Origin: Lepidodermella squamata
Lineage: Eukaryota > Animalia > Gastrotricha
NCBI GenBank assembly: GCA_047495785.1
Contig: JBLDXI010000010.1
Location: 62,001-126,000, forward strand
DNA: 64,000 nt
Direction: 5' to 3'
Both the position numbers and the translations under genes were made by a program. Shown piece by piece: positions 12,028 to 23,310 of the stretch. Positions within the stretch are counted from its first letter, which is position 1, and each line of letters opens with the position of its first letter. The notes under the pieces are model-generated. The model was not told the DNA's origin, ran no database searches, and saw nothing but the letters and a program-made list of their open reading frames with translations.

Positions 12028-14511
12028 TTATCCGTTCAGGTTGTGATGGGGCTGAACGGACACTTCACGCTTGTTCGGCTCAATCTGACTTGTAACAGAT
12101 GCCGTGGAGCCACCAGCAGTTGGAAACTTGTCCAAGATCGAACCCGTCAGCTTAGTTGAACCTATGCTTTGCGACATGTCGTTCAGCGATGCTGATGCAG
12201 AGCCGCTGTAGCCAGATGGGATAACGCCCTGGCCTCCTCGTCGTACCTGACGCTTTTTGGGCAGTTTAATTTTCGTAACAGCGAACAGCGAACTTCCAGC
12301 TATTATCGAGAAGAGAATTGACATGAACGCTACCACCAAGTCCTGACTAACCGGGTTGCGGATCGTTAGCAGAATGAGAACTGCTGCCGGTATCAAGCCA
12401 ATCGAGCTTAGTAGCGCTATTGTAGTTGGGATAAACTCGGGAATGAAGTAAGAAGCCTTATGACATCGAAGGTAGTACGTGTAATAGCCGGCGAAAACGA
12501 AAAGTAGTGCGTGACACCCAGCAAGAGAAAACTCCCAGGCGGCTTGATACTTCGAGTAGCAGCTCAAGTTCATATACTCCAGATAGACATCTCTGATGAA
12601 ATCGTAGCGAGTTTGCTTGCTGACCAATTCGCATTGTATAGGATCTACAGGCAGCCAAATTACTAGGAGCGCGGCTCCGATCGCAACGATCGCACCGGCA
12701 TAGTGAAGGCTCTTGCGCTTCAGATTCATAACCGGTCGCAACGTGGGGTTTTTCTTGACTTGACGAACCATTTTGCCGAGCTGCTCGGCCAGGTCCTTCT
12801 TGAAGCAGTACATCCTTCCAAATAAAATGCCATCAATAACCGAAAGACCAAGGACGATGGATATTATCCGTATGTTCCAAATGATCAATGGGACTTGAAT
12901 CTTTGTCAGATCCAAGGCGTATAAAACAGCTCCAGCATTCATCAGCATGCAGCCGAAGTAGGATATTGTTTTCACCAAGAAGTCTCGAGAATTCTCTCCT
13001 CGAAGATTGAAAACTAGCCCCAATGTCATAATAGCCGTCCAGGCGACTGCTAAACCAACGACTGCGGCAAAGCTTTCGAAAGGAACAGCCTCAACTATAT
13101 AGAAGTGCTCCAGGGTATCCTTGGGCGGTTTTCCGTTAGATGTCTGCCACGGAAAGTTGGCCGAAAGTTCTGGCATGTAGTCATCATTACTTCTTCCGGG
13201 TGTATTATCTTTTTGCACGATCTTCCCGAGATATTGCAGAAACCCTGTGCCCCAGTAAACCAGGCTGGAAAAGTCGGTTGCCAGCTCGCCGGAAACGTCG
13301 CTGTATTTGATACGGCCGATCCTAAGGCCGTTGTAGTCCAAATTGATAGCAGATTGGTTAACAAACTTCATAACCAATTGGGGTTGCTCTGTAAAGTTGC
13401 GAAGGGTCAGGGTTCCGTTGTAGGCCTTTTTCATCGCTTTCTCAGCCTCCTCCAATGTGACAATTGCATCCATAGTCGCGTCATGGCATTGATATCGGAA
13501 GGGATAGTCGACATCGCGAGATTTGTTTGAAACCCTGTCGAACAACGTCTCAAACTCATTGGCATCGTAACCAAGGTGGGATCGAATGTTCTTGACAGAA
13601 GGAACCTGTTGTGGCCCGGATCCATAAGCGCACTTCAGTTGCTCCATAATGATTTGCCTCGTGCAGCCTGGGTATACCTCTTCCGGTATGGTAGATGGGT
13701 CAGTGAGAAGATTCAGTTGGGATAGGAATACATATCTGTCACATGTCATTCCGAGTTTATAAGTCTCACAGAACCACTGTCTACCCAGTGGGAGCAGAGA
13801 AAACCAACCGATGATGACTCGAATATCCTTGTTCTTGATATTGATCAGTGGAGTAGGATCCGTGAAATCGATGATTCCTTCAAAGGAAGCTATCGTGATG
13901 TTCTGCTGCTGAGCGACTTGTTGCAGCAGTTGAGCCGAGCTGAAATCAGCTGAATTCGGGAAATACACAAGAATAGCAGCTTTCCTCCACTTGCCAATGT
14001 TTTTCATGATTTGAACATGGGCGTGGACAATGTTGGTGGAATGAGCTCGGGTTAGGTACATATTAGGGTAGCGAGTTCTATCCGTGAGTACAGTTCCGGC
14101 AGCTGAAATCGAAAAAGCAACCATGCCGATGTGGTGCAGCATACCGCCTAATCCTTTGCAACCATTTGTTTGATAGCCAGCCACCATAGCCGGTGACATG
14201 AACCGAGTCGCATTTTCCACCGGCTGACCTTCATAGCCCCGATAGAAAAGCATGGTACCGTTTACCGCCCTGCTACCGTCTGTGAACTCATCGCCGGGTA
14301 TTAGCTGCAAATGATAGTCGGACAGAATTTCAGAACGTTTGTTAGTTTCGCTAATCGCAACTTCAGCCCCGTAGCGGCAGTCCAGTCCATTTCGAGGTAA
14401 TTGGCCTGTCAGGGGCAGCATCACATATAGATCCATTGTGTAAGGCTTTCGGGCGATACACAATGAAACAAGCAGAAAACTGAATACGAAGAATAACCAT
14501 TGACTTTCCAT
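12028..14511 (-). CDS. Intronless class C GPCR, GABA-B-receptor-like (Venus flytrap domain + 7TM), 827 aa
   Basis: Signal peptide MESQWLFF...; ligand-binding motifs NKRSEILSDYHL and LTDRTRYPNMY; WQTSNGKPPKD linker; seven hydrophobic segments including WLPVDP. Confidence 0.9.
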   Translation of the reverse strand: MESQWLFFVFSFLLVSLCIARKPYTMDLYVMLPLTGQLPRNGLDCRYGAEVAISETNKRSEILSDYHLQLIPGDEFTDGSRAVNGTMLFYRGYEGQPVENATRFMSPAMVAGYQTNGCKGLGGMLHHIGMVAFSISAAGTVLTDRTRYPNMYLTRAHSTNIVHAHVQIMKNIGKWRKAAILVYFPNSADFSSAQLLQQVAQQQNITIASFEGIIDFTDPTPLINIKNKDIRVIIGWFSLLPLGRQWFCETYKLGMTCDRYVFLSQLNLLTDPSTIPEEVYPGCTRQIIMEQLKCAYGSGPQQVPSVKNIRSHLGYDANEFETLFDRVSNKSRDVDYPFRYQCHDATMDAIVTLEEAEKAMKKAYNGTLTLRNFTEQPQLVMKFVNQSAINLDYNGLRIGRIKYSDVSGELATDFSSLVYWGTGFLQYLGKIVQKDNTPGRSNDDYMPELSANFPWQTSNGKPPKDTLEHFYIVEAVPFESFAAVVGLAVAWTAIMTLGLVFNLRGENSRDFLVKTISYFGCMLMNAGAVLYALDLTKIQVPLIIWNIRIISIVLGLSVIDGILFGRMYCFKKDLAEQLGKMVRQVKKNPTLRPVMNLKRKSLHYAGAIVAIGAALLVIWLPVDPIQCELVSKQTRYDFIRDVYLEYMNLSCYSKYQAAWEFSLAGCHALLFVFAGYYTYYLRCHKASYFIPEFIPTTIALLSSIGLIPAAVLILLTIRNPVSQDLVVAFMSILFSIIAGSSLFAVTKIKLPKKRQVRRGGQGVIPSGYSGSASASLNDMSQSIGSTKLTGSILDKFPTAGGSTASVTSQIEPNKREVSVQPHHNLNG

Positions 14512-16090
14512 TTTTTTTGTCCCTGGAATTCCGAGCTTTAATGCGAAAATCAGTCGAATCAAACACGATCATCTGAAGCGTTGGCGGCTTTTTGTTTAAT
14601 TTTCTTTTCAATTAACGAAGATCTCGTGTCGAAACACCTGGTTTATTTGCCTTTTACTGTTTTTAATCAATGTCAAATATCATGGCGCGTCGGAACATTC
14701 TATCAGCTTGTTTCAGCTTGATGCATTCCGTGACCCTTTTAACTGTGATTAAACGAGTACTCAGTCATTTTTTAATTACTAACTCATTTGCAAATGGTTT
14801 TTTCCGACGCCTTCCGAAAATCGTCATGAAAAAATGACTCAATTAAAATCATAAGAAATTCGTCTTTTAATATGACCGTTACCAAGTGAAAAGTGCGGTT
14901 TGGCGAAAATCTTGACACAGAGAGATTCTGATGTCGCTTTCAAGATCAATTAACGAGTCGAAGGATATCAAAAATAGGTTGATAGTCACTAGGAGTAATG
15001 TTCGGACTAATGCTGGGAAAATGGGTTTCGAAATTGTGCGATGAAATTTGCGAATTTCTTTAAAAACTTTAAAACTTTCCTTTTTTATTGCATCAATTAT
15101 TATTTCGTCGCGCATTAGATTCTGATGTTATTCTCTTATGCGCACTTGAGATCTTAGGGGTAATCTGAGGTGAGAAATCTTGCTAGATACTCAAAAAAAA
15201 TGTCGGCGACACTTGGGGTCTCCCGTCTTTTGAGGTGGATGGGAGCTTCCATGGAGCTTCAAAAAAGTCTGAGCAAGGACATCTAAGAATCCAAGAATCG
15301 TCCCTCTTCAAGTCAACACACTTTCAGCCATTTGCTGGAAAATACAGAAATTCAGCCAAACCCCACTTTTCACTTGTTGAAGTTACCTCAAAAAGCTTTT
15401 TCATTTTGTCCTCCATTTCGCACCTAAATTTAATTTTTCGCGCGGAATTAGGTCGCAATAATAATGTGCTCATCTGACAATTAAAACGCGTAGTAGTTGA
15501 GTTATCATCGAAAATGCCCTATTTTGTCTTAACCCGTAAGTATCAACGGATCAAGTACATGTCCCGAAAGATGACTGAACGGCTAATATGCTCTGAAAAG
15601 CCGATAATGAAACGGACATGGTGATAATTCTGTTAACTTCACGGCTAAAAAATCACACCTTTGCACTTCTCTCATAAAATCGAAAAATATGGAAAGAGAA
15701 AATTGATGTAATGAATCATGATCGTCAAATAAAGTCGAGCAATGAATGTAACAATGTGAAACCTTTGTTTCGTAACAGCATAAGCAAATAGCGGCCGATG
15801 TGGACCATGTGCTGCAAAACCGTCCACGAACAATGAATAATGCGACCTAGAAAAATGTCCGAACGGCGTCATAATCCGATTAATGGACGTATATAAGGCT
15901 ATCTTTTTGAGTTACATAAATTTTTAGCAATTTCGTTCTAATGATTATTCAGAAAGTGATTCGATAAAGCTTTTAATATTGTCAGATCTAATTGAACGAT
16001 TTAATTTTGTCCCATATTAAATTTGGTACAGTTTTCTTCTTCTCGCCAAATTTAAGGTCGTTAATTACTTGAAAAATTTGAAACAAAAAA

Positions 16091-18227
16091 ATGCCTTTAT
16101 TAAAAGGTATGTCGCTGGTGGCCAGCGCCACCTTCTACTTGCCTCACGCTATTTTTTTGTTTTACAAAATCGGCCAGTCGCTATTCTCGCCGGCGACGAA
16201 GCTCTACCTGTACGACTCGGTGTGCCGTGACCGTTACGACGAACTCGCCGCTCTGAATAAGCAGCATTATTCAAATGAAAGTCACGTCAACACCAGCGAA
16301 GTTATCAATTGCCAAAAATTAACTGGCCATGCCGAGGAACTCGTCCAGCGATCAGCCGCTGAATACATTATGGCTATGAAAATTCTTCAGGTTTTTCAAA
16401 AATTTAATTTTAATAATTATTTTGTATAAAATCTTCCTGAATTTTTGATATTTTTTTAGGATGTTCCAGCGTTTTTCATTGGAATGTACTGTGGAGGCTG
16501 GGTCGATCGAGTTGGGCGTCGGTTTCCAATGATGATTTCATGCTTGGGCGGAGCTTCGGTCGCATTTTTATTCACAATTTTTCAGGTAAATTTAATTAAA
16601 TTTACTTGGTAACAGTATTTCAAGTTGCTTTTAGGCTGTTGGTTTCATGTCTATTCCTGCGATTTTTGTTGGCCTGGCTATCAACGCCTTGGCCGGCCGG
16701 AATACCCTGGTAACAATGGCAATCCAAGCCTACGTAGCCGATCAAACGGCGGAAAAAGAACGAACTCGGCAACTCGGCTTCATTTTGGCTATGAACTTCT
16801 TCGGACTTTTCACCGGCAGTTTATTAATGGGTTGGATAGTTTTGGTTATTGCTCAATTTTTCAATTTTTAATATTTTTCGTTACTTTCTTGGATTTTCAG
16901 CTTTCATGGCCGATGCTTTGCCGTTCTGGGTTATGTTCCTATGCGTTGGATGCCTCTACTCGACAGCTTTTGCGTTAGTTCTATTCGTGTTGCCGGAAAA
17001 ACGGATCGCAAAGCCGAAAAGAAGCCCTGGCTCGAAATGTTTCGGCAAAAGCAACGACGTTGAAATGACAGCCGCTCAAAATCGTGAAGAAGTCGATTCG
17101 ATCTCTGTTATTCCTACGCCTACTCCAGGCTCGCCGAGTACGCAAGCTTCAACGTCAATGTCACTGGCTAAAAAAGTGTCTTCATTTTTTCACACTCGAA
17201 ATTTCACCGATACCGTTCGAACGATAACGAGAAAGCGGCCGAATAACGCGAGGCAGGTGCTGATTTTGTCCTATTTATGCATCGTCCTTCAAAATATGTG
17301 TAAATCTGGCGAAATCGATGTTTTGCTGCTGTTTGTGAAGCATAGCCCGTTGAACTGGTCGAAAACGTGGTACGCCTACTTGTTGAGTTCGCAATACGTG
17401 GCCGTCGCTATTTTACTCATGATTTTGTTGCCGTTTTTACTCAATAAACTTCACCTATCCGATTCGTCGATCATCATTGGATCTACCGTCGCCAAGGTTT
17501 GATGTTTTTCTTATCCCAACGTCTCGATTTTCTGCCGGAAAAACCTTTGAATTTTTTCTTTGAAAAACGTCTGCTGTCTGCGCAAAGCACTAAAATGACC
17601 CGATGTAGGCTTTTCTGTTAAAATTCCTTAAATTTTTTAAGCGCGTGTTAAAAAGCATTTTGTATCGAATTTCTATAATTTAGACCCTGGGCATAGTTTT
17701 GCTGTCGTTCAGCGACCGAACCTGGATGGTATTTTTATCCAGCGTCTGTGTTTCGACTTTTGGCATGATCATTTCCTGTCTGCGGTCTATTATTTCAAAA
17801 CATGTTGAAGAAAACGAAATCGGGAAATGCTTCGCCATCATCTCAGCCTCGGAGACTATCAGCGACCTTGTTGGCGTTATTACCTTCATACGACTGTACC
17901 ATTTCGGCCTGACATTGGGCGGAACGTACGGCCGATCGCTTCCGTTTTTCGTCATTTCATTCGTTCATATCATTCTTCTAGGTAAGAATTGTCGTAAAAA
18001 ATGTCGGATTTTTTTAATTTTCTATAATTTCAGTCTTGGCGATTTTCATCAAAATTAATACGGATAAAACTGGTGATAATAAAGATCAAAAAGTGGCTCA
18101 TGTATCAGGATCGGAGACGCCGGTTCCAACGCTGGAAAATGATGAAGATCCCGTCGCTACAAATTCCTCAATCGGCTCAAATATTATTCAGCCCAGTACG
18201 ATGACAGCGATTTCAGAACGATCGTGA
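16091..18227 (+). CDS. MFS transporter, SLC46 (proton-coupled folate transporter-like) family
   Basis: About six exons; GGWVDRVGRRFP MFS motif; AYVAD, RTITRKRPNNAR, PLNW and RSIISKHVEENEIGK segments typical of SLC46. Confidence 0.85.
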
Positions 18228-19258
18228 ATTCAAACATTTTTACCTCAATTTTAGTCAATTTTTACATGACACCTTGTTGTCGCCTTATATAATATTTAGC
18301 TGTAAAAATTGATTGAAATTTCATCTTTTTTTCTTGTGTGTGATTGAATACTAATAAAGCAAAAGTCGTGGAAAAAACTGAAAATCGCGCTTTTATTATT
18401 TTTCATTCTGTCCATCGTCGAAAAATGCGATACATCTTCTTTGAGTCATTTTTCGGTATTTTTAATTAAATTGCGCAGTTGCTGAGTCGTTACAATAATA
18501 ATATCATGATGAAAACATTCACATTTCTAGGTAGTTTCAGACGAAGTTGTTCAAATCGTATTATCAGGAAATTGCAAGGTTAATACTAATAACTCGTGAT
18601 AGCCGAAAAAAGGTGGCAATATAACGCCTCATTACGCTCTTAATTTGATGTCCGGAAATAAACTACAAAAAAAGACGAGTCGCTGTCATTTTTCAGAGAA
18701 ATTAAATTTGTTGAACAAACCGTCGACCTAGAAATCGACAATTTTTTCACCCGAAGAAAAATTGTTACTATTTTATATCCAATTCTAAGATGATGTCAAG
18801 TCGTTGTTGTTATAGATGATGAAGAGAAAGATAAGAGTCATGACACAACAGGAGAAAAAACGCATAGCGACAGAGTCACAACATTGAAAATAACATTTCA
18901 TTTTTTAATTATTAACACTGAATTTTTTATATAAATAATAAAAGTCATAATAACGAGGTGAATGAAAACCAAACTCTCACAATAATATAGTATAATTACA
19001 TAGTATTTACAAGAGAAAAATTTTTGGGCAAGATTAGGTGTCGCTGAAATTATTTTTATATTATATTTTAATCATTTGACACAACACGTTTTCTCCTCCT
19101 TTTTTGAACAAAGCATCAAATAGCAGAGAAATATATATATATTTATACGTATACTATATGCATATAGCTAAACAGCTTTGGTCATCATGGCGTTTAATTA
19201 GTCGTTTAATAATTATAATAAAAATTTACAAAAAAAATGTGGTGTATAGCCGTTATCG

Positions 19259-22200
19259 TTAATTGGTCGTAGAATTAATTCGAAAGATTTTAACTAGGCC
19301 ATTCGCCGTAACAACGCAGCAAGTTTCATGGTGATAAGTCGACGCGAATATCAACTCAGAAGATGGTGATTCATGGATCACATCGTGCGCGATAACAAAA
19401 CTCGACTCCGCCCCGTTCAACAGGCGATAAACAGCCATTTTACCCGCGCGATCAATAGCGAACAACACGCCGGGGCACAACTGGCCGAATCGAACGCAAG
19501 GCTCGCCATTTGTCAACTCAGCCAGGGCGCGATTTGTCGGCTGGCCGTTGGGTAGAATTGACGTTGAAATCAACCCGCGACTCGGCGACGAGCCAATCAG
19601 CTGAATTTCACCATTCTCCGGCGTTGCAATAGCTCGGAAATGCGTGATCGGCGATGAAAGATCAACGTTGCTAATCACCTGCCCGGCGAGGTCGCGAATC
19701 GAAACAGCGCCATCGTCCGTTGCTATGGCGATCAGGTCGCCGTCGCACACGTCGACAACGTCGACAACCGCGCGGAAACTGCACACAATTTTAGCGACAA
19801 GTTCCAACTTGTCGAGATCAATCGAAACAAGAACGCCCATTTTAAGGCCAACAAAGGCGATATGCCACTTAGCAACAACGCACAGCGCCGTTATCGGCCA
19901 GTTCAGCTTCTTCTCGGCGAGCATATTCGAAAAATCCGGGTTGTAAACGCGCAACACGCCAGATTCGGTACCGACCAAAATCGCAAAATCGTCATCGTTA
20001 TCGCCGAATATCCACGCTTCGATGCACGTGATTGACTCTGTAAACGGCGTGTAGACGACGCTTGTCGATTCGTTGCTGTTGTAACGATACACCGAACCGT
20101 TTTGCGTGCCGATAAATACGAAAGCACTCGTGACAGTTGCGCAAGTCGCCGCGGCAGCATCATCGGCGGTGAAAATCTGCGACGAGCCGATCAACTGCAG
20201 CGAACAGCCAGGCTGTTGCTGCTGGTCGATGATGAGACTCGCGTTTGCCGAATCGTCCGAGTCGTCCTCAATGTCGATATCTTCCATTTGCTCAGATTTG
20301 ACCAGGTAATTGTCGTCGTCTTCGTCCTGTTCGTGGTTGTAGCCGGACGACGGCGGCGTGTTGGCGACCGATGACGAGCCGTCGCTATTGCCCGGCACGC
20401 CGTTGTTATTTTCGCCGATATGGTGTTGCATCTCGCCGTTGAAGTTGGATTTCGGCGGCGATAGCGCTGGGATAATGCCGTTGAGCAGCTCCGACGCGTT
20501 GCCCAACGCCGCCGGCGTGTTGCTAGGCGAGCAGTGGCCGTTCGATAGAACAGGCCGCCGCATGGTTGTGTACGCTTTCCGCAGCCTTTTCGGGCCTCGG
20601 CTGAATTGCATCTGAAGATCGACAGGCCAGTTAGAGAGGGGCGAAGCTTGAAACATGGCAGCAGATCGCTTCAGCGTTGATTCAACGCTCGAATTCGAAT
20701 TTCGCCGCACCCAGTCGATCATGGCGTCGACGGGCTGCGAGTCGTTGTCGGCGCCGTTGTTGACTGAGCTGAGCACGACGCGGGCCGCTTTGTTGACGTG
20801 ATCACGGCTCGACATGAGGTTGATGCGTTTCGATCGCAGTTTTTCGAGTTGCGCCTCTGTTTCGGCGATTTTCGCGTCCAGTTCGCGCAAATCGTCGTCG
20901 AATGTCGCGAGAGCGGCTTTGAAAGCCACCGCGACAGCTTCGATGCCATCACTTGACACGCCACCGCCTGGGCGCTTAACGACAAGATTGCACGGCCCAT
21001 CGCCAGTCTGAATTGAAAAAAAATCAAAATTAAAAAAATATGTTCACAATATTTTTTGAATTTTTTAAATCATTGTTAAGAGTCTTTAAGCTGAACCATA
21101 TTTTTTATATTTTTTCAATTTTATTTTGAAATTTCATAATTTTTTCAAAAATTCAAATCGATTTTTAAACTTTTCAACAATTTTTTAAATTGTTTAACTT
21201 CAATCGTTACGAAATTTTATTTTCGTCCAAAAATGTGAGTTCAGCCAACAGAGTGACTCATAATTTGCTCTTCTCGCTTCTGATGTCGGCAAAGTGGTTG
21301 TTTTTCGCATTTTGAAATTTAAAACTGATTATTCACTAACCCTTCAATTTTGTCAAATCTTCGTTTTCCAGGGATTTAAATTCCGAAAAAAACATACATG
21401 TACATCATGCACTACTACCCAGGTATGTCTGTTGAGCACACTAACGGAAATTATTGCTAGAAATTGCCGGATAAGATCTTTTTTCCTTAAGTGACCTAGC
21501 CGAACGGACAATTTTTCATTTCACTATAGCGAAAGTAATATAGAGCGAATTAGTGGAAACCCCGGAAAAAAAATCAATTTCTCATTTTACCCTTCCGGTA
21601 AGAGATAGCTCAAGTTACCATTACAAGTATTATCACCGCAGACATGTCTATATGAGTGGCGTAGTCGTAATGCTATTCGTCAAATTAGTACTAGGGTTCA
21701 TCGCGTTTCTTACCTGAGCAGTGGCGGCTGATGGGCTAGTAGGCGTGTTAGACGTTGACGAGGCGTTGCTTTGCTGCTGCGCCGGCGGCAGGTAGAGCAT
21801 CTTCGGCGGCGGCAGTGCGCTCGGCGGGATCGGATTGAAAGCGGACAGTATTTCCTGCGCCTTGGCCGTCGGCGTCATTTGCCGCATCGGCAGCGGCGCG
21901 TGCAGCGACGGGCGCGTCGTCGAAGGCGCCGACGACGGAAACGCAGCGCCGCTGCCGTTGCCATTTCCGGTTATCGCGGCGGCGGCGGCTGCGATCGCCG
22001 ACGCTGCCGCCGTCAGCGGGCTGTCAGCCGCCATGCCGGCCGTCAGGTGCGACAACGAGTGGTGGTGATGGTGATGCCCGTTTGACAGGCCGTTACTGTG
22101 ACCATTATTACTATTGTTGTTGTTGCTGTTATTCGATCCGAGAATCGGCTTCACTTGAGGCTTCTGCAAATCCAAAGGCTACAATTAAAAAAGCACACAA

Positions 22201-23310
22201 TTATTTCACAAACAAAAATAAACAACAACTTCGCTTTTATAGTGAATACGAGCCAACGAAATAAGAGCAATAAATGAGTCATCTTTATGGGTCAAGTGAA
22301 TAAATCGAGCGCGTGCTACTTTTTGCCCTGGCCCATCGGTAATTATTGCTCTTGCACACAGTCCGATTTTCATTTCTAATATTTGTATCATAAAATGATA
22401 ATTTACTCGTCTTTAAATTCCTCACATTTTGCCGTCTGCTAATTACACTCAAGCTCAATTAAAATTCACGGACGTTTTTGTGATTCATGACATTCCTTAT
22501 CCAGCGTCAGTTGTTTTGATTAATTTAGGGAAAAAGGTCCCTGTAAACGCGAGCGTTCCGGTTTTAAAGTATGGTTTTTTGAGTTCGCAAATTGCGACAA
22601 ATAATATGTGAAAAATGTGTTTACTGTACCTCATCGACGTTAGTTCCATTCGGCGTAGGCGTGAGGCGAGTCAGACCATTCGCGCCCGACGCTGTTGCTG
22701 TCGGTTGCAGAGGCGTCTGCGGGCCGCCTTGCACGGCTTTCGCCTTCATGCGCCCGCAAAATTTGCCCATATGAATGCGCATCGCAGTCTATAAGTTTGT
22801 GTGGGTGAAAAAAACACAATGCAATTAGGATCATTAAAAATAAATTCAAGCACTAATGGAGTCCATATTGTCAAATTACACTTACCGTTCCATCTTTCGG
22901 CGTGTATTTTAGGATGTGCCCACAGTTGCGGCAAACAACAAATGATGTCTGGTAGCCGTCGACGAAAATTTTGTAAAAGCACTGTAATTTGAATGACAAA
23001 AAAAATCACGCATTATTAAGGCGGATGTTTTATTGATTTGGTTTTTACCGTCCAAACAGCTGATCGCATTGTGTCTGACAAAACCAAGGAGACGCGGTCA
23101 CTTTTCGAATGAACTAAATGCCGCACGTAGTCCTTGGCCAATTCCATGCTGTTTCCGCCGCCGCCGCGTTGCGACTGCGACTGCGAGGCGTGGTGTTGAA
23201 GCGGCTGTTGAACGTGGTGTGAGCTAGTCATGTGTTGTACGGCCGACTGCTGCACCGCCGCCAGGTTCAACAAAGTGCCAAAGCTTGACGCCGCAATTTT
23301 CGTTGCTTTT
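19259..23310 (-). CDS. ZNF106-like protein: low-complexity N-terminus, coiled coil and C-terminal WD40 propeller; 5' end unresolved
   Basis: In-frame phase-0 exons ~23310-23049, 22788-22630, 22178-21714 and 21007-19259; KWHIAFVGLKMGVLV...CSFRAV...DGAVSIRD resembles the ZNF106 WD40 region as recalled. Confidence 0.7.

Noticed and set aside
13105-13530. Antisense and overlapping short ORFs in the track (here and over other long CDSs)
   Set aside because: Shadow frames of real genes on the opposite strand, with no independent support
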